Origin: Paramoeba atlantica
Lineage: Eukaryota; Protista; Discosea
Assembly (NCBI GenBank): GCA_977017575.1
Contig: CDRNVI010000015.1
Coordinates: 494,533 to 558,532 of the forward strand
Direction of reading: 5' to 3'
Length of the DNA stretch: 64,000 nt
The notes below the pieces were generated by a model. It had not been told where the DNA came from. It did no database searches and worked only from the letters and a program-made list of their open reading frames with translations. How positions within the stretch are numbered: the first letter of the stretch is position 1; each line of letters begins with the position of its first letter. The position numbers and the translations under genes were made by a program. Of this stretch, positions 1 to 9,880 are shown one piece after another.

Positions 1-28
1 ATTTTCATGGGAGCTTCTTGCCCAAGAT

Positions 29-637
29 ATGCGCGTTTCCTTTCATGAAGCGTGGAATACTTACCAAAGAAATATTGCTAAAATATCTCTTCAGACGTTG
101 ATGGCTAGCGCACTTTTGTTACATTCAGGGGAGTATTCACACGCTGTGGTTTATCAATGGGATACCAGGCCTCGGTTAGTGAATTACTCCTTAACCCCCC
201 TTCTTCAACGCATGGGATCGATCGGTAAAAAGAAGTGGTTTGGTCCCACTCCCCGAGAAGCTGATGTAGAATACTTGGAGTATTCTTTTGAAGGTACACG
301 AAGTGCGCTGGTCGCTTTCGAGGACTCTGTGATGCGCAATGTGTTGTATGTCTTCTCGGATATTTTGGTAGAGTGTTTCGCAGTTTTGCCATTATGTGTG
401 AATACGAAGTCAAAAGAAGGTCCGGATGCGCGTTTAGACCCGAAAAGAGCTCAACAGGTTTTTCTCACTAGGTCATGCGCAAATGGAGTGAAGCTTTTTG
501 GTGCTGCGCTCGGCGCCGCGGCTGGTACTCATCTCAACGCAGGTCATGGGGAATGCTGGGGAGAGGCCTTGGGAGGCATGCTTGCTCAACTCTTTCTGTG
601 GAAAACAAAGAACACTAAACCATATGCAGCTAACTGA
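29..637 (+). CDS. Hypothetical protein with small-residue-rich hydrophobic C-terminus; frame is open to the window edge, so probably 5'-truncated
   Basis: 202-aa ORF on the cluster strand; no stop in frame from position 2; GAALGAAAG and GEALGGMLA hydrophobic segments; no family recognised. Confidence 0.55.
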   Translation: MRVSFHEAWNTYQRNIAKISLQTLMASALLLHSGEYSHAVVYQWDTRPRLVNYSLTPLLQRMGSIGKKKWFGPTPREADVEYLEYSFEGTRSALVAFEDSVMRNVLYVFSDILVECFAVLPLCVNTKSKEGPDARLDPKRAQQVFLTRSCANGVKLFGAALGAAAGTHLNAGHGECWGEALGGMLAQLFLWKTKNTKPYAAN

Positions 638-1075
638 GATGCCTATAAAAATACATCACCGATTGCGCACGTCTAAAATCGAAGGCATTGCAGATTCTTA
701 GAAAACTTGTTTCGAAGACGTGGCTAAATAAGTGGGGCGGATTTGTTGTACAAGGATTATTTCAAAGCTAGTAGAGGTACTTTGAATAAATAAGTAGATG
801 ACCTTTAAAGTTACGTTTTCTTAAACTTTGTAAAGTAATTTGTACCCCGGCTGCACATGACTTACAGTCAGCAAAACAAATTGATTTTTTTCTTTTGTAT
901 ACAGCTATTGAATAAATAGCACGGTTGCGCTGGTAATGTGTGCTAGTAGTGTAGGCTATTAGTATAGGCATGAGTGTCAATGCTCAGCATAGAGTGTCAA
1001 TGCAAAACAAGACGTAAGTAGAAGCGAACAGAGACCGCCCAGAAGCAAAATGACAGGTGAGCCACGTCAAATCTA

Positions 1076-1318
1076 CCGGTCGAGCAAAACATTTGGCATT
1101 TTTTTAATTTCGTCCTTCGAGATCAAAAAAACGTCAGATCAATATTTATGTGGACCAAAATTATTGGGGAAAAATTTTTCGTGCATTGAAATTCCACCCC
1201 CTAGCGCTCACAACGTATGGGATTCCGGGCCCTGAGAAAAATAAAGTCAGACCAATATTTATGTGGAACAAATTTTTTGGAGCCAAATAAAAGTGGACTA
1301 AATTTTCTGCTCGACCGG
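1076..1318. mobile_element. 243-bp TA-flanked MITE
   Basis: TA(1074-75) CCGGTCGAGCAAAACATTT ... AAATTTTCTGCTCGACCGG TA(1319-20); TIR 17/19 identical; flanks reconstruct TCTAGA; internal 35-bp direct repeat at 1133-1167 and 1246-1280. Confidence 0.75.
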
Positions 1319-1691
1319 TAGAGGAAGAAATGGAACCCAGGATGAAAGGGGCAAGGGATATACGTAGTAACAGGCGTGGCAGGTTCCCATTGAAAAGAAA
1401 TGGCATCTCCCCGCACGAATTTCGTCTCCGAGCTAGCAAGCGCAAAGGCTGTTCTCGTGCGGGGAGATACCATTTCTTTTCAGTGGGAATCTGCCACGCC
1501 TGTTGCTTCGTATCTCCCTCGCCCCTTTCAGCCTCGGTTATGATTATTTACATGTATTATTATTCTATATCTACGAGAATTCCGAGTAGACATTACTAGT
1601 ATTCCAAAGTTCTAATCTTGAATGCAAAGATAAATGTTGTTCTCTTCGGTCTAAAATGATGTTATGACAGCGCACTTCGATTTCCGAATAC

Positions 1692-2993
1692 ATGGCATAT
1701 TTTCCTTCTGTCACTCTGCATTCTACTCTTTTTGTTGCAATCGTTGCGTCCTTCATCCTTTTCCAAAGTCACTATCGAATATCCAGTCTTGAATTTTTGG
1801 TAAATAAGTTACCCTTGCGCCTAGCACGCGGCAGATTACCTTCAAAATTGAGCACTTTATCACGCCGAAAACCTATACGCGCGCTTGTAGTCCTTGGATC
1901 TGGCGGTCACACAACCGAAATGCTATACACTTTGCCAAATATCAAAAGCATGCTTTCTTTTTCTTATGTAATCGCGAGTAATGATAAGGGCAGCATATGG
2001 GCTCTCAAAGATTTCTCAAGTAGAGCACGGAAACAGGCAACTAACATTTGCCTGCCAAAAAATTCGTCACGCAAAACACATAACCCATTGAACAGTGCAA
2101 TGGTCTATCGCGTGCCTCGTGCTAGAAGCGTTCGTCAAAGCTATTTTACATCTATTTTTTCTTTTTTACATTGTCTTATTGTTTCTGTCTTTATCTTGTT
2201 TCACTTCCAACCTGATATCCTCCTTACTAACGGTCCAGGTACGTGCGTTCCGATTGCGTTGGCCACGTTCTTTCTTCGTCCTTGGATTTCATGTAAAATT
2301 GTATATATGGAAAGCTTTGCTTGCGTGCGTTCTCTTTCGCTCTCTGGTAGGCTTCTATACAAATTTTGTGACCTATTCCTCGTTCGCTGGAAAAGCATTG
2401 CTAAGATTTATCCGAAAAGCACATACGTACCATCCGAAGGAGCAATTTCAGGTTATTTAATAGACCAAAACATGCTTCCTATTCGTGGGACAGGATTATC
2501 AGCTGATCCATATGTTTTGATTACCGTAGGATCCACTTGTTTTAACGAGTTGGTTAAAGCATGCGATGATCCCTGGTTTGTGAAATGTATGCATGAGAAA
2601 TATTGTATTAACAAAATTTTTATGCAGATTGGAACCGGTTCTTATATTCCTCAACATCCAGACATAGTGCATTTTCGCTTCCAGTCTACCGGATTTGCAG
2701 TATCACTCGCCAAAGCCACTCTCGTGATTGGACACGCAGGGGCCGGCACTATATTAGATACACTTCAAGGTGCTACACCCATGATTATTGTTCCAAACGA
2801 AAGCCTCATGAATGATCACCAAACCCAGCTTTCTCAGGAACTGAGTGAAAGAGGTATTCTCCAAACACTTCGAATGCCCGAATTGAAATCAAAGCTTCCT
2901 ATGTTACAGATTAAAAAATCTGAGACTGGATTTGTGGCGGGCGCTTACGGGGAATATTTATCGTCGCATCTCGCCTTATTGAGTAAACCGTAA
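1692..2993 (+). CDS. ALG14-ALG13: Fused ALG14-ALG13 UDP-GlcNAc transferase (GT28/MurG-like; second step of dolichol-linked oligosaccharide synthesis)
   Basis: N-terminal TM segment; ALG14 motifs VVLGSGGHTTEML, TNGPGTC, YMESFA, SLSGRLLY; ALG13 motifs LITVGST, MQIG, VIGHAGAGTIL, VPNESLMNDHQ. Confidence 0.92.
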   Translation: MAYFPSVTLHSTLFVAIVASFILFQSHYRISSLEFLVNKLPLRLARGRLPSKLSTLSRRKPIRALVVLGSGGHTTEMLYTLPNIKSMLSFSYVIASNDKGSIWALKDFSSRARKQATNICLPKNSSRKTHNPLNSAMVYRVPRARSVRQSYFTSIFSFLHCLIVSVFILFHFQPDILLTNGPGTCVPIALATFFLRPWISCKIVYMESFACVRSLSLSGRLLYKFCDLFLVRWKSIAKIYPKSTYVPSEGAISGYLIDQNMLPIRGTGLSADPYVLITVGSTCFNELVKACDDPWFVKCMHEKYCINKIFMQIGTGSYIPQHPDIVHFRFQSTGFAVSLAKATLVIGHAGAGTILDTLQGATPMIIVPNESLMNDHQTQLSQELSERGILQTLRMPELKSKLPMLQIKKSETGFVAGAYGEYLSSHLALLSKP

Positions 2994-3261
2994 GAATCTA
3001 AAAACGTTAATACACCGCATACCGTGATCCTCCTGCTTCATTATCTGTCATTTGACCCCTAATCATTTAATGATTAGCTGACATTAGTATCCATCAGCTG
3101 AACTACATGTAGTAACCATCAAGTTTCTCTCAGCTTATCGCTGATTAAGGGCTTGTCCATCTGTCAGGACCTTTTCCTAATTCCTCTCATTAATTTTTAT
3201 AACTATAAATTTTCTTTTCGTTTATCTTTCATGTTTACAAAAATTAATAAGAAGGGGAGTA

Positions 3262-3495
3262 CCCCCTTGCTTATGGGTTCGGAACTCATAAGTGTATCAG
3301 GACGGAAACCACCACCCCACAAAGGAAAAATCAGGCACAAGGCTTCCCGCCAATTCGACAAGGTGACCCTAACGAGTAGGATATGTTCCATCACATCTAT
3401 GGAGCTGTCAAATACATTTCCTCTTAGAAAACTTTCCCCTTAGAAGAAAGAGCTAACAAGCGTACCAGAACTGGTGGGACTCATAAGCAGGGGAG
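3262..3495. mobile_element. 234-bp TA-flanked MITE (CTCCCC-type end)
   Basis: TA(3260-61) CCCCCTTGCTTATGGGTTC ... GGACTCATAAGCAGGGGAG TA(3496-97); TIR 15/19. Confidence 0.6.
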
Positions 3496-3640
3496 TATCG
3501 TAATACATGTACATTGTATTAAATACATATGCATATTCATGCATGTAAATGATGCCTCTTGTAATTTACATGTAGTGTCATTAACTTTGCGGATCTATTT
3601 ATTGACTAGTTATTCGTTCTAACTTGAATTTATTTCTGAC

Positions 3641-5080
3641 ATGGTAAAGCTTGACGCCACTATATTACAATACTTAGAAAAGGAGGACTTCCGCGTTCTC
3701 GCTGCGCTGGAATTGGCCATTCGAAATCATGATCTAGTTCCCTCTCCCTTGATTGAAAGGATCGCTAATTTGCCTCGTGGAGGAGCACTGAAAAGGTTAA
3801 AGGAAATGCTAAAATATAAACTCATCCATCATGATCGACAATTTTACGACGGATATGCGATGAAGTATGCTGCTTATGATTTTCTTGCCTTGCACACCTT
3901 TGCTCAACGAGGAGTGCTTTCCGGAATTGGTTCAATGATGGGGTGTGGCAAAGAAAGTGATATTTATTTGTGCACTGACAAAGATGGGCAAGATCTTGTT
4001 ATTAAACTGGAGCGCCTTGGACGATGCTCTTTCCGAACAGTAGCTAAAAACCGGAACTACACGAAGAACGGTCGTCGTGGGGGTGCAAGTTGGTATTATC
4101 TTAGTCGTCTGGCAGCAACGAAAGAGTTTGCCTTTCTGCAAACCTTGTACGAGGAAGGCTACCCTGTGCCTCGTCCAGTAGACCACAATCGACACGCTAT
4201 TGTAATGGAACGAGTCGATGGGGAGGTCTTGTACAACGCAAGAACGCTTCAAGATCCAACCCGGGCGTTTTATCAGTGTATTGATTTGATCGTTCGGCTT
4301 GCACAGAATGGATTGATTCACGGTGATTTTAACGAATTCAACCTTCTTCTACGACGGGATACTGAGGAACTAGTGCTGATTGATTTTCCTCAAATGGTTT
4401 CCGTGCGTCATAAAAATGCGGTTGAACTTTTCAACAGAGATATTCAATGCATTCACCATTTCTTCCTACGAAAGTACAAGCTGAGTTTTGACTACTGGCC
4501 CAAACTTGACATTGACGGTTCACGAATAGGGTACTTAGATAGCCTTGTTCTAAAAGGAAAGTTTACTAAACAAGATGAAGAAGAGATGGAAAAGCTGATA
4601 AGTCAACAAAAGTCGTTGGAAGACTCACTAGAGCAAAGCTCCTCTGATACAGAATCTGCGTGTGGATCCTTAGATGGTGATTCTTCATGTGACGATGACT
4701 TAATATCTAATTCATCGTGTTTTCGAGATTCGAATTTAATGGAACAGGCAAGTAAGACGGATTCTTACGACAGATCAGTAAAAAATTGTCGTTCGTTTTC
4801 TGATTGCATAAACGCGGACCCGAGCAGTGAAAGAAAAATTCAAAACTCTTCTCTGAAGTATGAAAGCACTTCAGATTGTTCAGGAGATATTGCCAGCGAA
4901 TTTCTTGCTCGTCCTCATTTTTCGAATCTAAAAGTAGATACCAAGCATATTCGTCAAAAAGTTGCGCAAGAAGGGGAAAGAAGAGCCTTTGGAGAATTCA
5001 AAGGTCGTTTAGCTCGCCGCAATCTATTTAAGTCGCGCGACAAACGGCGTCTAAATGGGGAGTTAAGCAAATTTCTTTAA
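3641..5080 (+). CDS. RIO2: RIO2 atypical serine/threonine kinase (40S maturation)
   Basis: N-terminal winged helix (LEKEDFRVLAALEL..RNHDLVP), GCGKESDIY, IHGDFNEFN, IDFPQMVS; acidic linker and basic tail. Confidence 0.96.
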   Translation: MVKLDATILQYLEKEDFRVLAALELAIRNHDLVPSPLIERIANLPRGGALKRLKEMLKYKLIHHDRQFYDGYAMKYAAYDFLALHTFAQRGVLSGIGSMMGCGKESDIYLCTDKDGQDLVIKLERLGRCSFRTVAKNRNYTKNGRRGGASWYYLSRLAATKEFAFLQTLYEEGYPVPRPVDHNRHAIVMERVDGEVLYNARTLQDPTRAFYQCIDLIVRLAQNGLIHGDFNEFNLLLRRDTEELVLIDFPQMVSVRHKNAVELFNRDIQCIHHFFLRKYKLSFDYWPKLDIDGSRIGYLDSLVLKGKFTKQDEEEMEKLISQQKSLEDSLEQSSSDTESACGSLDGDSSCDDDLISNSSCFRDSNLMEQASKTDSYDRSVKNCRSFSDCINADPSSERKIQNSSLKYESTSDCSGDIASEFLARPHFSNLKVDTKHIRQKVAQEGERRAFGEFKGRLARRNLFKSRDKRRLNGELSKFL

Positions 5081-5378
5081 AACTTGTAATACTATTTGAT
5101 ATAATGTATGTGCTGTGAAACGTATACTGAATTCGAGCAAAGGTATTATGAAAGGTATTATGAAACATAAACGTGTCTCCATTTGTAATAAATTCATTTG
5201 TTCCGCCTATGAAATAAACACTAAAACGGATTTTTTAGGGTAAGATTGATTATAAGTTATGCATCTAGGACTGTATAGCTCATAGACAGCTAAATTTTAG
5301 TTAGAAACTACGTTGAGTTTCTAGATCATTGGCATTTTGTCACTACCTTTGCTCTTACTCGCTTATCTAATTCTTACA

Positions 5379-6476
5379 ATGCGGCTATTTTATTCCGTTT
5401 CACAACGTACACAATACATCGGCACCGTGCCTGCTAATTTTTTAGAAAACAGTAAACTTTTCCCTCAATTTGGTTTGTGCTTTTCTCCCTGTCGGCGAAT
5501 TTCATTACTGGAGAAAACGGCTCTTCTCCTTGCTCGATTAGCTTCTATAAAAAGTAGCATTACAAAATCACCAGAATCTCTTGATCAGTCGTCACAAGGG
5601 AAAAAAGGTCGAAGCAATTACTCTTCCGTTCAGAAGCACTCTTCTGTTGAAAACAAAATTCAGAATGCTTTGAAGGTTCTTGTCGATCATCCCATCCCCT
5701 CTCTTACGGCGGGCATTACCGGTAAGGCAAGTAAACTTTTAAAAGAACGGTTCCCAGAGTTATTCGATGAAATTGATTTAGAAAAGAATTCTGATTTCTC
5801 TCTCGATAATCTGATGATGGACAGCGGACGGCTCGTCTACTGGAAATGTTCCAACTGTGAAAAATCGTTTCGTAAATCTGTTGTAGAACGGGTCTACCTA
5901 ACAAAATTTTGTCCCTACTGCGAGGAAGCCAATCGCCGTCCACTGGACAAATTCTATCCGGGGATCGCTAAAGAGTGGGACATCCTACGTAACCCTCTCC
6001 ACCTTCGACCAAAGTTTGTGGAGAGTTCTTCCCTTGATTCATTGTGGTGGAAATGTGCAAAGTGTACCTATGGCTTTGAGGCCACCGTGAAGGCTCGGGT
6101 GGGCGGCGAGAGCTGTCCCAGGTGTCACCCCGTCCACGGAAACTGGGCCCTTCGACGTCCCGAAATTGCCAAAGAGTGGCACCCACTGCGGAACGGCGAC
6201 CTCCGAGTGACGGACTTAAGCGAAAAGCACAATCGGTTGATCTGGTGGATGTGTCCGAAGTGCTCGTTTGAGTATGAGGCAGGGCTTCGTGATCGTACCG
6301 TGAAGGATGTAGGATGCCCTCTGTGCCAGACGCAGCCATCGCGAGGGTCCGAGGAAAAGACTCCAAAGCCGAAGCAGAGCGAACCTACGCAGGGGAATAC
6401 CGGGCAAGAGGCCATCTCCACCGAGTCTGTTGCGGGGGCGAAAGACAAGACAAAAAAGAAGCATCCGAGCAAATAA
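5379..6476 (+). CDS. Protein with repeated treble-clef zinc-ribbon modules (WxCxxC...R....CPxC; DUF4379-like), possibly mitochondrial
   Basis: WKCSNC...CPYC, WWKCAKC...CPRC and WWMCPKC...CPLC, with AKEWD/EWHP spacers; first ATG 5379. Confidence 0.75.
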   Translation: MRLFYSVSQRTQYIGTVPANFLENSKLFPQFGLCFSPCRRISLLEKTALLLARLASIKSSITKSPESLDQSSQGKKGRSNYSSVQKHSSVENKIQNALKVLVDHPIPSLTAGITGKASKLLKERFPELFDEIDLEKNSDFSLDNLMMDSGRLVYWKCSNCEKSFRKSVVERVYLTKFCPYCEEANRRPLDKFYPGIAKEWDILRNPLHLRPKFVESSSLDSLWWKCAKCTYGFEATVKARVGGESCPRCHPVHGNWALRRPEIAKEWHPLRNGDLRVTDLSEKHNRLIWWMCPKCSFEYEAGLRDRTVKDVGCPLCQTQPSRGSEEKTPKPKQSEPTQGNTGQEAISTESVAGAKDKTKKKHPSK

Positions 6477-6860
6477 TATGTTGCTGCCTTCACATTATTG
6501 TAGAATTATTTGCTTCGTGCTATTCAAAATTTCGATTTTTGCATATACGTAAAGCAAGTGCAATGTAGCACAAGTAAAATATGTCTTAATGCGATGTACA
6601 CTCAGTAACTTCCGTACGTCATGCACTTGAGTAAGTTACGCGTTTACATACGCTTGTGCTGTACATACTACAGTCTGTAGGAATTCTTAGGGGTACAGTA
6701 TTTTATATGTACTTAACAAAAATCGGAACATTGGTCGCTAAATACATCTCGACGATAAAGCTCATGTATTTCGCATTATACGTCATACTTATGTTATAGT
6801 AACTACTTAGTAAGTCTTACTAACATTGCATACTTTTTTTACTTTATAGGACACTTCCCT

Positions 6861-9449
6861 ATGTCCAGCGTAGTAGAGCTTTTGCTTAGTCTTGGAAATC
6901 CGGACAATGTCGTCCAAAGAAACGCGGAGGCAGTGATATACAATGCTCGGGATGAAAATCTTGGTGCCTTTCTTTCCGAACTCGTTCGCATCGTCCGAGA
7001 CGAAAAAATCAACGAAATAGCCCGACAGCAAGCTCTCATTCTTCTCAAGAATACTGTGGCCTTTAACGCTCGTGATGAGCAAAACAAGAAGTTACTAGAA
7101 AGTCGCTGGAATTCCATAGATCTAGATACTCGTGCTAACGTTCGCAAAGAAATTCTTAATACTCTTGGATCTCCCACACGCGGAGTTCGTTTTATAGCTG
7201 CTCTAGTCGTGGCTAACTTGGCGCGCCTTGAGCTTCCTCGTCAACAGTGGCCGGAACTTCTTAATGCTTTGTTTCACGCGAGCAAAGCAAAAGGGCACAT
7301 GGAAGCCGCTATCACCACTCTAGGGTACATATGCGAGGAAAGCAATTCCTGCAGTGCACTCGCAGAAGAACTCCAGCAGCATGCCAATCGCATTCTTGAT
7401 TGTGTTATTAACGGTATGCGCGATACCGATGAGGAAGTGTGTTATCAGAGTACGAACTCATTGTGTAATGCCATTACCTTTATTCATGGAAACATGGACG
7501 TTCCAGCGGAGAGGGATTTTATCATGCAAACTATTTGTGCGAATTGCGTGAACCATGAACCTAGAACCATCGTGAAAGGTCTGGAATGTCTTGTTCGTAT
7601 TGCCTTTGAATATTACACCGTTCTTTCATCGTACATGCCAGCGCTTTTTAGCCTTACCGTTCAGAGCATTCAGACAGAAAATGAAGATACAGCTCTTCAA
7701 GGGTTTCAATTTTGGACTACAATATGCGAAGTAGAACTTGTACTTCTTGAAGAACATGAAGGAGAGGACTGCCAAGGTTATGCCTCAAAAGCTGCACCTC
7801 AAATTGTACCTGTGGCCCTCCAATCCTTATTGAAACAGGAGGAAGGTCAAAGTGATGACGATTGGAACGTATGCGCCGCAGGGGGTATATGTCTTCGAGG
7901 CTTCGCACAGGTTTTGAAAAATGATATTCTGTCCTATGTAATGCCATTCGTAACAAACAATGCGAAGGATAGCAACTGGAAAAACTGTGACGCAGCGCTA
8001 ACCGCCTTTGGGGGTATTCTCGACGGGCCAGATACAGCCGCGGTAGGTCAAAGTATTACGGGGGCTATGCCTCTTCTTCTTCAGTACACAGCCAGTGATC
8101 AACATCCCATGGTGCGCGAGAGTGCCGTTTGGGTTCTCTCTCGTATAGCTAATTTTCACGCTCCCGTTATTCTCCAAGAGTATCTAGATCAAGTTGTTCG
8201 ACTTTCAGCGGGGCTTATTGGAGATATCCCTTCTATAGGTAACAAAGCGTGTAGTATTCTTCACAATCTCTGTATTGAGCTGGAAGGTGACACAACAACT
8301 CCAGCTACAAACGCCATGTCGGCCTATTTTGAGCCACTAGTTACGACACTTCTCCAGTGTATGGATCGTCCTAACGCTCATGAAAGTAACTTGCGTGGAG
8401 CGGCGCAGGAAACGCTTAACTCCCTACTCAGCTGCGCGGCAGAAGATATATTTACTAAGGTGAACGCTCTGATACCTGAGTTCGTCGCTCGCATCGAAAA
8501 AACGACGGCCTCCATTACACCGGATATACCCACCTCGACTTTACAAGAACTCCAACTTACGCAAGGTCTTTTCTGCGGCTCCCTGCAGCACGTTTGTCAT
8601 AAACTCGGAAAACGTCTCACAAAGGAAAGTGTTGCCCTGATGATGCGGGCGTGCCAGCGTGCCCTCGTCCCGGTAGGCGAAACAGTTTCTGAAGAGGCTG
8701 TGTTACTTGTGGGTGCCTTAGCGGCCGCAATAGGAACAAACTTCCAAAACTACCTACCCGATGTCGCTCCAGCTATCTTATCATCTCTACGAAACTGCAA
8801 GGAGCCCTCTTTATGCACTATTGCTGTGGGTACCGTAGGTGATATTGTTGCCGCACTTGGGACGCGCACCCCCGAATCTTTCTGTGACGAGTTCATAGGG
8901 GCCCTTTTGGCAAACGTTCGCTCGGATGATCTTCCACAGAGCACGCGCCCTCCTATTCTTAGTTGTTTTGGTGACATTGCATTGCATACTGAAGGGATCT
9001 TTGAAAAGTATCTCCCTGTTGTAATGAACGTTCTTGACAGCGCCGCCTCCGCCGTAGACACAATTGACCCGGAAAATGACGAAATGTTGGAATTCGGCGA
9101 GGATCTCAGGGAATCTATTTGCGAAGCCTTTACTGGAATAATTCAAGGAATTAAGGGAAAAATTTCCGTTTTAACTCCCTACGTCCCGAAATTCTTGCAA
9201 TTTATCATGTCTAGTGGAATGGCCAAACAGGTTAGCGATCCTGTGCTGTCGCATTGCGTAAGTGTGTTGGGTGATTTGCTGAATGTGTTTGGTTCACAAA
9301 CCAACCGGCAACATTGTCCGTCTGAACTAGTCAATTTCGTACGAAACAAGCAAGTACAAGAAATGGTGGAGAGGGCGATGAAAAGCAATAATGAAGAAAC
9401 TCGCGATGCCGCACAATGGACCCGTAAAGAAGCCTCTTCCTATCTGTAA
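6861..9449 (+). CDS. KPNB1: Importin beta-1 (karyopherin beta)
   Basis: 862 aa; IBN_N region (ARQQALILLKN), EFW-type motif QFWTTICEVE, acidic loop QEEGQSDDDWN, LRGAAQE, LRESICEAFTGIIQG. Confidence 0.93.
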   Translation: MSSVVELLLSLGNPDNVVQRNAEAVIYNARDENLGAFLSELVRIVRDEKINEIARQQALILLKNTVAFNARDEQNKKLLESRWNSIDLDTRANVRKEILNTLGSPTRGVRFIAALVVANLARLELPRQQWPELLNALFHASKAKGHMEAAITTLGYICEESNSCSALAEELQQHANRILDCVINGMRDTDEEVCYQSTNSLCNAITFIHGNMDVPAERDFIMQTICANCVNHEPRTIVKGLECLVRIAFEYYTVLSSYMPALFSLTVQSIQTENEDTALQGFQFWTTICEVELVLLEEHEGEDCQGYASKAAPQIVPVALQSLLKQEEGQSDDDWNVCAAGGICLRGFAQVLKNDILSYVMPFVTNNAKDSNWKNCDAALTAFGGILDGPDTAAVGQSITGAMPLLLQYTASDQHPMVRESAVWVLSRIANFHAPVILQEYLDQVVRLSAGLIGDIPSIGNKACSILHNLCIELEGDTTTPATNAMSAYFEPLVTTLLQCMDRPNAHESNLRGAAQETLNSLLSCAAEDIFTKVNALIPEFVARIEKTTASITPDIPTSTLQELQLTQGLFCGSLQHVCHKLGKRLTKESVALMMRACQRALVPVGETVSEEAVLLVGALAAAIGTNFQNYLPDVAPAILSSLRNCKEPSLCTIAVGTVGDIVAALGTRTPESFCDEFIGALLANVRSDDLPQSTRPPILSCFGDIALHTEGIFEKYLPVVMNVLDSAASAVDTIDPENDEMLEFGEDLRESICEAFTGIIQGIKGKISVLTPYVPKFLQFIMSSGMAKQVSDPVLSHCVSVLGDLLNVFGSQTNRQHCPSELVNFVRNKQVQEMVERAMKSNNEETRDAAQWTRKEASSYL

Positions 9450-9880
9450 AAATATTCGGATTTTGGAAACATAAAAAGGTTTGAATTTGTGATTTCTCAA
9501 GCGTTGTAATACATCGCCTTTGTTGTCATTACATGTATACAAGTTTGTTTGCCTTAATATATCGTGTCATCTTCAACAGAAGTTGAAAAGGTGTAAGAAA
9601 ATTGCATACTAATTAATTTAAAATTCATGTATCATGCATGTAGTTTACGAAAATGTGTTACATATAGATGTGCGACACCAACATTTTTTAGAACACTCTC
9701 AAATTACTTTTTTGCTACCGTACCGTAACATTTTTTTCTGAAAATACACAACCGACTTTTTTCCTTTGTATTTTTTTCTATGGGTGAGTCATACATGTCA
9801 CTGTATATTTTTACAAAACTGACAATACATATTTTTTTAAAGAAATCCTTATCAACATCTCCTTTCCCACCCTCACACAC

